64,000 nt of DNA from Amoebophrya sp. A120 (taxonomy: Eukaryota; Protista; Dinoflagellata). How positions within the stretch are numbered: position 1 is the stretch's first letter; each line of letters starts with the position of its first letter. Below, one piece after another: positions 12,117 through 23,100 of the stretch. Under the pieces are notes generated by a model. It was not told the origin of the DNA. It saw only the letters and a program-made list of their open reading frames with translations, and made no database searches. The stretch is taken from NCBI GenBank assembly GCA_905178155.1, contig CAJINV010000004.1, positions 2,564,228-2,628,227 on the forward strand, read 5' to 3'. Both the position numbers and the translations under genes were made by a program.

Positions 12117-14918
12117 TCAGAACTGCGGCCTGACAAGTTCGAACTCGTGCCGCATTTCCAACAGAGCCTGGTCCAAGGCGGCAACGCCATCTAAAGAACC
12201 GTTTTTAATACCGTCCCCTCCGAGCCATTCCTTGTACATCGGAGAGAACCTCCCCTTTAACTGCCGCCAGAAATCTCGCCGAAACGCCGCCGCCTCGAAT
12301 TCGTTCGGACACTTGCTGAAGTGGTAAATGGTACAGGCGCGAGCGAGGGCTATCAAGTCCGCTTTTTCAATAGGCGGGCAGTTGACCTGGAAAGCCGGGC
12401 TTCCAAGTGCGGTATTCTTGTCGTGTGGGTGAGATGAATCGCTTTCATCTTCGCTGTTGTTCCATTCTTGTCCTTGTCTCTCCTCTGCCATGTAGCCGTC
12501 ACTGTCGTGCTGGAAAGAACCTCCACCGGTCGTCGCACCACTTTCGAAGTTCAAATGCTTCGATACCGACTTTTTCTCCTTCGCGTTTCCCCGGGTCAGC
12601 AACAACCGACCCAGACCGGCGCAGCGGGCGCCGAGCTTGTTGCGATATTTGTCCACAACATCGGTTAAGGTAGTTCGAGCGGGGGGCGAACTATTTGTTG
12701 TTCCCTCTAACTGCAGCTGCTTGGCCGAAGATGATTCACCCCGATTTGATGCTTTATCCCAACCTCTTCGAAAACTCGCAAGGTTCATCCCCAGATGCTG
12801 CCCGTGAAAGCAGTTCAGGATCCGTTCGGCCGCTGCCAGGGAATACGCGTCCTCCTTATCCCATTCGTCCACGTGGATGGAGAGGTCCCGGTGGTTCTGA
12901 ATTTCGCGCTTCCAAGCAGCGCCCTTCTCCACCCGGTGGAGTAATTCGCGCAGGATGAAAGCAGATGCCATAGATGAAGATGAGTTCTGTTGCTTTTCCA
13001 TGTCTTGGTGATCTCCTGCTGCACTCTGCCCGCCAAAGATGGACTGGGCTTCAGCACTCCCATTTTCTTGGTCGAAGACGCCTTCGCCAGCAGGCCACAA
13101 CCCTTCCAGAAATGCTGGCTTCCCTCCACTCACCGCCAATAACGGCCTTGCGTACCGGCGCACGTCTTCAAACTCCACTCTGTGGTCCGCAAAACGCAGA
13201 ATTACGTCGCTGACATCCTCAGCGAAAGGGTAGTACTCCGCGTCGACAGAGAGAAAAACCGTCAGCGGGGAGGAAGCAGAATCAATACCACCACCACCAC
13301 CACCGTCCAAGTTTAGCGCCGTACGGATAAGTTGCTGGACCGTGAAGAAGCTTTTCGCGTTCACCGCTTCTTGAAATCGAAGCACGTCATCGATGATCAG
13401 AAGAGGTTTCGGTGGTTGGAGGTTTTTGCTTATTTTCATTCTCGTTTCAACATCTGATTCAGATTCTGATGCTGGATTCAGATTCTGACTCGAGCAAGCG
13501 GCTTGCGGTTGCCCCCCTCGTCCCGAATTCGTGCCGTTCTGGATTTTATTCCCACTGATAGTGGGTCCTCGCGTAGAAGATGAAGATGCCACCAGTAACT
13601 TTGCATATTGAATCGCCATCAAAACAGAGATCCACGCGTGCTCCCCGGCGTCTTTGTGCGCGAAGTCCTGCGCGAAGACGACGCTGTTGGGAAATTTGTG
13701 GGCGTTTTCGACACTGCAGACCACGACGCTCTGGCCCTCGCGGTGGGATTTGGTTAGCTGGGAGAGAAAGGTCGTTTTCCCCGCGTTCTGCGGGCCTTTC
13801 AGGATCACCCGTTGGCCCGGCCGGATGGTGTGGCACAGGTCTAATAGGTAATTGCCGGTGAGGAGCTGCTGGTGCTGACCCTGCTTCATCCTGGATTTTT
13901 GTCTGCTCGTCGTGGTCGTTTTCTTGCAGGAGGCAAAGATGCTTTGCGGGTTTAGCGCAGCCTTCTGGTCGTGAGAGATGGCAACATCCAGGAAGGACGA
14001 CGACGGTCGCGCACCGATGATGTCTGCCTCTCCTGCAACACCGCTTTGTATTTGTTCAGCTGACGACGTTGGGTTGCAACGATTAGGATTGCCAAAGAGT
14101 CGCGGCACCGTGAAAACGTTGGCACGAGCAAGCGCAAAAGACCCCGTCGAGGAGGGCTCTAGCAGCAAATGTTGTAGGTCGCGTTCCTGTGCGCCACTTT
14201 CCGCTTCGATTCCACTTGCAACATGTTCCCCCGTGATAACAGCAGCAGTTGCAGTTTCACCATGGTCGTGGCTCCCCCTAGTACACCAGGTCGCGAGCTT
14301 CACGCTCGCAGACACGGAGCTCCGACACTGCGCAGCAGCCGCGAAAATTTCAGGAATCGGGAAAAGCTTCCCCGTGAACTCACAAGCAGAGGAGAGAAAA
14401 GCCGTGGCAGGTGCTCTTATTTCATGATCTCCTTTTGCATTCTTTACCTCTACTTCATTCATTCGGGTTGGCGAACTACTGAGCAGCGCAACAGACACCT
14501 CCGAACCCCGCGAAAATCCAGTGACAACGCCGACTGCAGCAGCGGATACTCTTGTTGTTTCGCGTGAGGTTCTTTCAGTAGACGCAGCTGCACAGGAGGA
14601 TTCCGCCGAAGGAACAAATCGCACACACTCTCCAATGCGGACTGGCCCGCTGTGCTCGACTGAGACACGTCCTTTCACGCTTTGCAGGATGCGCCCCCGG
14701 CTTCTTTGTTCTAGAACATCACCCATAGACTGCTCAGCCAGTCTTGCAGCTGCTAAGCTTGTGTCGGTACTGCTTCCGGTCGTGACAGACGAAACTTTAG
14801 CTGCAGTGGCTGCTTCGGCGCCAAGAATGGAGCGCGTCAGAGCATCGACACTGCTCTCAGAAGCTGCAGGCACGACACGTGCGGCGTGCCGCAGAGAGGA
14901 TAAAGCACGAATTGCCAT
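12117..14918 (-). CDS. Highly divergent F1 ATP synthase alpha-subunit-like P-loop protein
   Basis: N-terminal barrel-like GRILQSVKGRVSV..VRIGECVRF, then LLTGNYLLDLCHTIRPGQRVILKGPQNAGKT and Walker B LLIIDDV. N-terminus MAIRALSSLRHAAR resembles a mitochondrial presequence. Confidence 0.6.
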   Translation of the reverse strand: MAIRALSSLRHAARVVPAASESSVDALTRSILGAEAATAAKVSSVTTGSSTDTSLAAARLAEQSMGDVLEQRSRGRILQSVKGRVSVEHSGPVRIGECVRFVPSAESSCAAASTERTSRETTRVSAAAVGVVTGFSRGSEVSVALLSSSPTRMNEVEVKNAKGDHEIRAPATAFLSSACEFTGKLFPIPEIFAAAAQCRSSVSASVKLATWCTRGSHDHGETATAAVITGEHVASGIEAESGAQERDLQHLLLEPSSTGSFALARANVFTVPRLFGNPNRCNPTSSAEQIQSGVAGEADIIGARPSSSFLDVAISHDQKAALNPQSIFASCKKTTTTSRQKSRMKQGQHQQLLTGNYLLDLCHTIRPGQRVILKGPQNAGKTTFLSQLTKSHREGQSVVVCSVENAHKFPNSVVFAQDFAHKDAGEHAWISVLMAIQYAKLLVASSSSTRGPTISGNKIQNGTNSGRGGQPQAACSSQNLNPASESESDVETRMKISKNLQPPKPLLIIDDVLRFQEAVNAKSFFTVQQLIRTALNLDGGGGGGIDSASSPLTVFLSVDAEYYPFAEDVSDVILRFADHRVEFEDVRRYARPLLAVSGGKPAFLEGLWPAGEGVFDQENGSAEAQSIFGGQSAAGDHQDMEKQQNSSSSMASAFILRELLHRVEKGAAWKREIQNHRDLSIHVDEWDKEDAYSLAAAERILNCFHGQHLGMNLASFRRGWDKASNRGESSSAKQLQLEGTTNSSPPARTTLTDVVDKYRNKLGARCAGLGRLLLTRGNAKEKKSVSKHLNFESGATTGGGSFQHDSDGYMAEERQGQEWNNSEDESDSSHPHDKNTALGSPAFQVNCPPIEKADLIALARACTIYHFSKCPNEFEAAAFRRDFWRQLKGRFSPMYKEWLGGDGIKNGSLDGVAALDQALLEMRHEFELVRPQF

Positions 14919-15137
14919 TTTTTTTATATGGAGGTTTTAGATCGCGCACTCCTGGTCCTTCTCAAGATGTGTGCATCAAGATGTGTGCATATGTCGCAAG
15001 CTTTCTGCTTTCCGTCTAGGAGAAGGACATGGACAAAGTTCCGACCGAAGGAATCACACGGGCGTACCTGGAACCGCAGATCTAGTCCCCTGTTGAAAGT
15101 CCAACTCACACAACTACAACCTTGATCGACTGTGGTT

Positions 15138-16769
15138 CACTATCCACGACCAAAGGATAATTCGGGCAAGCATCCTCTAGTGAAACAAGAAAACATGGGG
15201 CGCATCCATTCGTACGCCGCCAGAAGCCAAAGCTACCATTTACCGGGGAAACAAACGGGAACACCAACTCCAGTACCCGCCAGCGGCAACCTGCAAAGGG
15301 ACTCGCGGATCTTCATGACAATGATACAACAAACATACACACCCACGGATCCAACGGGCGGCGCGCCATCTTTCTGGTGGCCACATGGGGTCGCAGTTTG
15401 ATTTTCCCTAGGCACCAATGTATACGGGTGACGCCGAGGCGGCCACCACAATGATCGTTGCTCGCCCTGAAGGAAGGATGGAACAGACGCCTGGCGGCGC
15501 CGGCGGGCCACCCACCCTACCAGGCAACCACCTAAAACAACGAACGGGCACCGACGGGCCCACCAGACTTCAGGGGCTGCGCGCCAAGGGCTGCGTCGGG
15601 CGCCTGGGGCCGGCCGGCGGGCGCTACGGATCCACCGACGCCAAGCGGGCAGGCCTCCCGACGGGCAGCGGGGAGACTGCCAAGCCAAACAAGAAAAGAT
15701 GGCGGGGGGGGGGCGGGGGCGGCCGGGCCGGTCCGGTCGACAAGCGCATTGCCTCGCCCCCAATCAAATGAAGCCAGGAGCAGGCCGGGGGCCGCCCAAC
15801 AAGCCAAGAAAGGCGCAAAAGGGCGCGCGCCCGCCGCCCGGCCGGGCGCGAGAGTGCCCGAGAGGCAGGCGGGTGGCAGGCGGGGAGAGTGCGCGAGAGG
15901 CGCCCTGGCGATGCATGCAAAAGGGCCAAGGGGGCACGCGCGCGGAGAGGGCTTCTTTCTCCCTCTTCTCGAACTCTGTCCCCCGAGGTCATTCAGCGGG
16001 GCGCCGCCCGCTCCGGGTCCTTGACCATTTGCGGGCCCCTTCCCCCCCGCTACCCCCATCCGGCGCGCCTATTTAAGAGGCGCCCCGGCCCGCCCGGAGG
16101 GCGCGCAACGGCCCCCCCCCCGCCCCACAACCAAGCAAAGCAGCCCCCTGCCGGCCGACCACATACATTCTAAAGGGGGCAGCCGCAAAGCCTACCCGCG
16201 GCGCCTGCCGCGCGCGGGCAGGCTGCCAGCAACGCCACACACTATCAAAGGCCCCGGCCGGCATTCCGGGCGACGGCTTTGCAGACTCCCTCCAGGATCG
16301 ACGCTCGCCCTGTGTCGGGACGGCGGGCCGAACGGACTCGCGGAAATGCTCCGCGGGGCCTCATTTCCACCCCCCGGGCCTGCCCAACATATTCCAACGG
16401 GCCACAGGCAGCCGCGCGGAACCAACCGCGCAGCTTCTCGAGGTCCCGGGCCGCGCCTGCGGGTTTTTTGGCCAAAGCAGCCAGCTGCGTCGTGGTGAGT
16501 CCCTCCCGTTTCGGCCTGCCCGCTGGCCCGCGGGCGCGGCGTGGTGGCCACGACCCAGGGGCCGGGCTTATCCCTGCGACAACAGCAAAGCGCCCGAGCC
16601 GACTAAGTATCACGACAATGCACCGGGGCCGGGGCGATCACCAAGATCGAAAGATGATGGCACTACAGTGAGGACGAGTCGATGACTGCGCTGCAAGCGA
16701 ACACCCGTCCAAATGGAGATCTTCCAACAGGTACGAAAACGCCTCCAGCCACCTTCAGTCGTGGCAGTG
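15138..16769. mobile_element. Non-autonomous CACTA/EnSpm-like element
   Basis: Left end CACTATCCACGACCAAAGG, right end reverse complement CACTGCCACGACTGAAGG, 3-bp TSD GTT (15135-15137 and 16770-16772). GC-rich interior without a transposase ORF; intergenic. Confidence 0.65.
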
Positions 16770-17195
16770 GTTACATATCGCTAGCGCGCAACTTCGTTAA
16801 TTGTCTTCGTCTTTGTCTTTCACGGAGGTTCCAAAATGATTAATGCGCGGTGAATGTTATATAACGTGAGGGTGGTGAGGGTGATCGTATCATTGTCGAT
16901 AAACATGTGAAGATGTAGTACTATGTCGCAGACCGTATTGCAACTGCATGTGTTGACGTGCCAAAAAATTGCTTTCTCGGAAAATAAGGAAATGTTGTGG
17001 AGTCATCTATGCGCGGCAGATTTTCATAAACCTAAACAGCAACATTATGCGTACTTTCAATTCTCTGGGTAATTCTCTTCTTAAAATTTCAGAGATTCTG
17101 ACATTCCTGATGTATCAATCTATGCGATTATGTAGACAGAACCAGAAGCTGCACGTGCACGACGGGCGGTCGTGAGTCTACAACTCTGCCTCCTC

Positions 17196-20100
17196 TTAAA
17201 TCCCCCCAGTTGTCCCACCCCCCACGCCCTGAGAGTCCACATTCGTCCTGTTGATCCCGAGCAGCAAATCGGAGATCGCTTCCGCGGTCATTTTCGAATA
17301 CAGCGTGTCCAAATGCCCCACACCCTCCATAATCAAAATATCCACCGGCTCGTCCTGTTGCAACCTAGTGATGTCTTCTTCTTCCACCTCGTAAACCGTC
17401 GCTTTGTTCAGCACTTTCCGGTACTCCTCGACCGACGGGCTCTTCCGCTTCCGCCACAGTAGCGCCGGATTTTTTCCCTGTTGACTTCCAGTCGAAGTGG
17501 TATTTTTCCCGCCGATCGTTTTCCGCAGGGCGGAAGACGCGGCCTGGGCCGCTGCAGTGGCCATCGGCAGTCTGGGCTTGCTGTGACTGCTAGAGCGGGA
17601 AGAGGAGGATGAAGAACAAGCGGCTTGTAGTTCGCCTTGATGTAGTTCGTGAAAATTATGATCTGGGTGATTTAGATTTTGTTCCGTTGCTGTGGAGTTC
17701 ATCGTCGTCCCGTGTTCGTACTTAAACAGGTACTTCTCCCGGTAATATTTCCCGGCCCAGAACTTACACATGACCAAGCTCTCCCAGGGAACGGTCCCAT
17801 CCCCGTGCGTGTAGAAAATTTTCGTCGGGAAATTCTCGATACCGTCGTCGTACCGGTACTGGTACCCGGTTTGGATCTTCGTTCCCACTAGGGCGGTTAC
17901 GGGAACCTTTGGCGGAAGGAGGTTGCGGAAGCCGTGTCTCTTCTCCATTTTGCTGGACATGCAGGCCATGATTTCCGACATTAGCATGGATTCCTTACAC
18001 CGCGCGTATTCCGCGACCAGCGGGTCGACTTTGGCATTGTCTGGCTGACTGTTTTCGTCGTCGAACGGCGATTGGCCCGAATTCTCTTCCTCGTCAAAAT
18101 ACTCGGTCGACGCATCGGAGAGGTCGTCCTGTTCGTCCTTGGATGCTGCTAGTTGCTCTTTGTTCTTTATCGTTTCATCGGTCGTGGCATCTGTGCTGGA
18201 CTTTTTCCTCGTTGCATCAGTTTCTCCTTCCTGATGTTCGTGGTCATCATTGCTGGCGACCTCCGAAGTACTGGATTCGGTAGTTTTTGACAACTTTATG
18301 TCTTGTTTTTTTCTCCTTCGACAAAAAAGTTTCTGGACTTCTTTCTTTCGGGATTTGCAGTGCAGGAACAGCATACCGAATAGACTTGTCGGTCGTGGCT
18401 TGCGCTTGCGATTTAGATTTTGATGATTCTGCGGCTGGTGCATCTGCTTCGCGACATTTTCGGTGAAATTATCCTCAGCAAAGCCCCCGCTCAGACGGTC
18501 CACATCGGAAATTCCTGACCATTTTCCGCCCGCTTCCGCAGCACTGTTCCGGACTAGATTCATCGCTTCCGCCATCGTTGACCGGTTCTTTAATTCATCT
18601 GCACCATCGACATCATCTTCCGCTTCCTCCTTATCTGGTATAATGACAACGTTGGACGCGATGTTGGATTGCGCCAAGACGGCTTCAATGTCCAGTGGCT
18701 GGAGATTTGGAGACGTTCCAGCTCCGGGTGTCGTTGTAGTCGTTTTGACAGTACCGTTTTGGCTTTGTTCAATATCAGCATTATTCAAAAAGTTGTCCAC
18801 CCCCGCTGCTGCAGTACTAGCGCCTGCTCTAGCCAAGCGCCATCTCCTCGCCGCGGCGTGCATCAGATTCCGCCAGTGGTGGGCCGAGTGGAGAAAGATC
18901 GCAGGGACGTCGTTGCACTCGAACAACTCCTATCCTGTGCAAAAGTATCGTAGTAATTGCTATCACGCATTACATTTTTTTTTTTTTGGCGGAAAATCAG
19001 CATTACAAATTTTATTTTTCACGCTGAGGAAATTTGTAATGCATTTATACGAGTGCGATACTTTTGCAGTTCATAATTCCCGGACTTCCTCCCCTTCCGT
19101 GGCGGACCCGAAAAGCTGGCTCGTTGCAGACTGCTGCTCGTCTCCCTCGGTTTTTATCAGTCTATTCTTGTGTTTATTGCTCTTCTTCGTTCGCTGTGTA
19201 GATTCTGCTCCACCACCGAGGGCTCGGGCTGCAGATGCTGACTTCATGTTTTCGTTTTCCTCAGCCTCCGGCACCGCTTCCGCCGCACTTTCTCGCGCAA
19301 GATGACCTGCTTTATTGTTACTTCTGCCGTCAACAGCTCCTGCAGCCACCACTGTGGCTCCGGACGAGGAGCTCTCTGCGGACAGAGACAGCCTAGTAGA
19401 CGACCCGGGACCACCAACACGCGAGGAGTCCGGGCGTCGTTGCGTGCTGCTGTATGGCAGTGCACAACTCCCCCTCCCCCTCATTTGTATAGGTATAGCA
19501 TGAACTACGGCAACACGACAAGCATCAGCAAGAGTGCCGGTTTTGCATGACAAATTTGCACTGGATTGTAGTGCTACTTGGGCTACCAGAACTTATCATG
19601 CAAACAGTGCCAAGAGGCAAACGGTGGATTGGGTATTTTGCATGACAAATGAGGGGGAGGGGGAGTTGTGAAATGTCATATGCTGAGCGGCCGACGTACT
19701 AGCTCGTCGATCTCCTCCTCCGAGTTGTCGGCTTCCTCACCCGGTGGAGAAGAACTTGTTCTGAAGCCGGAACGCGTTCGGGTTCTATTGCCGCTTTTCG
19801 TGGAAGCGGATGAAAACTTCTCCCGCGCCGGTCCTCCTGTCACTTGTACGGCGGTCGCCGCGGAAACTTTCGTCATGCGCATGCTGGGTTGTTTTGCGGT
19901 TGCGGCATCGTCGCTGGCCCCTTTGATCTCGAGCCTTTCCACGTCGACGACCCCCGTTGCGTTTCGGTCTGTCTGCTCGTCGCTTTGGCTTGTTTCTTCG
20001 GCCGTAGCTGTGCCCGTGATGGTCCTGGTGTTATTTTTTTGGAGGTTTTCGATACCACCGGCACCGCTTGATGAACGTCGTTTCTTCATATTAACCTGAT

Positions 20101-23100
20101 CTGCCCGAAGTTCGTCCTCGCTGTCCAACGAGGACCCGGACCCCGCCTCGGAAGATGATGTTGAAACATAGTCGTCGACCGGCTGGAATTCAACCAGGTT
20201 TCTGCGACACGCCACGATGATGCTCTCGAACCGGGCGTGCACCCGGCCGCGCGCGTCGCGGATCAGACAGTCGGATTTCGCGGGTAGTGCCCCGGGTTGC
20301 GGGAGCAAGTACGCGACACCTGGCCAGGTGCATGTGAGGTTTCGCAAGTCAATGTCCCGCACCCAGGGGATCACCTGCCCGAGGTGGTAGTTCGCGCCGG
20401 AGTGCGGCATCAGACTGCCAAGCAACGCGTTTGGTGCGCCGCCGAACGGGGCGGCGATGGAGATCCAGTGTTTTACGTGTAACGTCTTGTACAGTTGCGG
20501 AACATGATTTGAATTTGTAATGCTCGTAACCGGTGGAGTTGTAGATGGTGTCGGACTTCTATACTGCGCGCAAATTTTCGCCAACTCTTCTCTGTCGCAC
20601 GTTCGTTCCAGCCAGTCAAGAAAGCTGTGCACAAACCTGCCGCCCTGGCTCCAGGAAATCAGCACCGCGGGCTTGTTGTAGCGAGCACGGTACAGTTCCA
20701 AAGTCAACTTCGCCTGCGCAAAAGTGCCGTCCTGCTCCCACTCGAGAGCCGATTTGCGCCAGTCGTAGAAGAGGTTCCCAACGCGCCGGCGCGTGTACCC
20801 TTGGCGCATCAAGTGGGCGAACATCAAAACGTTCCACGGTACCGCGTAGCCCTCCGCGGGAGAGACTTCGCGGAACGGCAGGATGTTGCGCAACGCAGAA
20901 CAGCCGGAGTGGTTGGAGCTGTGCAATTTGAACTCCCTTTGGTGAAGCTTGTAGGATGTCGGGAGGTAGTTCTCGTAAGTTTCGTCGGTAATATGTTGTT
21001 GAAAAGCATCGTGCGGTAGCGGCTCGACACTGGTATTCGTGTTGGAGGTTTGCCGGGAAAAGGATTCCTCGTACCGGTTCGGAAGAGGGGGTGGGGGTGC
21101 TAGTGGGCCCGCGTTGGGGTCGTGTTGGGAGAACTTCTGGTCGTAAGAGGATGGTGTTGCTGTGCCAGCGCCAGGTGGAAATCCTCCTCCTGCAGCTCCC
21201 AGAGGCTTGTTTCTCACTGCTGCTGTTGAGAGGCTGATGTTAGGGATAGGGTCCTTGCTTCTGTCCTTCTCGTTGTGTGTCATGCGGGAGTACAGATCTT
21301 CTGACACAGTAGATGGATGCTCTGGAGGCGCTCCTTCAAGAGATCCATTAGACCCACCTCCCTGACTTTTTAAAGCCATTTTCGTACTAACTACAGGACC
21401 ACTGCCGGTGAGCTGCTTCTGCTGCGCCAGCGCAACCTGCGCACTCGCAGCTGGGTTGCTGGTTGCTTTCCAGTAGAGCGAGTTGTGGTGCGCCGAGGTG
21501 GCTACTGACGCGTCTAACATTCTCCGGCTGCTGTCCCGGGACATGAAACTTTCAAATTTCGCCGACTGAAGCGGTCCACCGGCACCTCCACCTGTACCCA
21601 AGAGGTCAGCTGAGGTGACCCCAAAAGGGCTCCTCTGGGGGTTGTATTGCTGCTCTGCGTAGAAGTGGTTATGAGCACGACCAGAGTTGTGCTGGTCATA
21701 ATGGTGGTGGCCACCGTCACCGTACAATTGTCCGTGATGGTCCCGTCGGGCGGCCTCTAAATCTTCCAAGTCGTTCCTTTCCTCCACCAAAACTCGGTTT
21801 TTCGCCGTGGTCTCCCATTGGAACGCAAAGCTGCCCATCACCATCCGGTAGGTGCGCGGGTCCAACACGAAGTTGCCCCGGTTCCAGAGCAGTTCCTCGT
21901 TTTTGATCGCTTCTATCTCTTCGGGGGAGGGATGGAGGGAGGCGAGCCAGCGGTCCGTGTTGTTTTGGTAGCTGTTCAGCCACTCCTTCGCTGTGAGTTT
22001 TCGATTTTCTGTGGGATGGTCCGGAAGCTTCTCCCACCAGAAAGACCCGCGATCGAGCTGATTTTCTTTTTCAACTATATCGTCTGCCGTCGGATGAATT
22101 TTCCTTTCATTTTTCCCCTTCACGGCCGTCGGTGTCGCTTCCGCTTCAGGTTCGCTGTTGACCACAGGGTCTTCGTTGTTCGGAGATGGATTTTTCGCTC
22201 GGCCCGCTCCACCCGCGCTCGTCTCTGAGGAGTTACTAGTTTTCCCGGGTCTGGCGTCCTTCACGATCCTGGCGCCGAGGCAGGGACCCACGAAAAGGAT
22301 CGGGTGCAGGTGCTTGCGCGACTGGTGCTCCGCGGTTTTTGGCTCTGATGAGGAAATCCCACCAACCGCTGCGGATTTGGCCTTGTTCAAGAAGGCCGCT
22401 TTTGATGTTTTCTTCTTCTCTATTGATTTTAGTCTCATCTTCCCTGCGGTTGTAGTGCCATGGACCACGTCGTCCGGCTTCTTGTTCTTTTCTGCTACAT
22501 TGTTCCTTTCGCTTTCGTTGTTGAGTTCCCGGTCGTTCAAAAGCGTCTGCTGTACCGCTACAGTCTTCATTTTATCCTCGAGGTAAAAGTCGTCTGTTAG
22601 CCGCGGCCGGGTGGTCGGTACCTGCCGGTGCACGGAATCTGGGTCCACAACCGTGTGTGTGCTGCTGCGACGCCGCTTACGAATTATGCCGGTTGCTGAA
22701 GATGTTCCGTCTGTGATATGCATTGCAAAAGTATTTTCGCACATCACGTACGACAGCTCTAGTAACAATGCAATTTAGAAGCTCAGTAACATGAAAAATG
22801 AGGCTTGTCATGTGGATATTTAGCTTGGGAAGCGGAAGGACGACATTGGTCTTGCATGATTGCGATTTTACAGGTACGAGTACGATACGATAGTACTTTT
22901 GCAGCGGATATGTTATCCCCTCCAAGTTGTCCATGTGTTCCTCGTTTTCCGTGGTGTCGTTCGTGGTCTTTGACGAGCAAACCTTGCTAGTACTTTGTGT
23001 TGTGCCAATTGCACCACTATCCCCATTTTCCTCGTGCTCATCCGAGCTCGCCTCGTAGAAAAAGTCTACCTCGTCGTCTGTGCTGTCTCATGCATTGCAA

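Noticed and set aside
15233-16671. Overlapping 90-180 aa ORFs, possible transposase
   Set aside because: GC-rich spurious frames on both strands with no recognisable DDE or TnpA/TnpD motifs.
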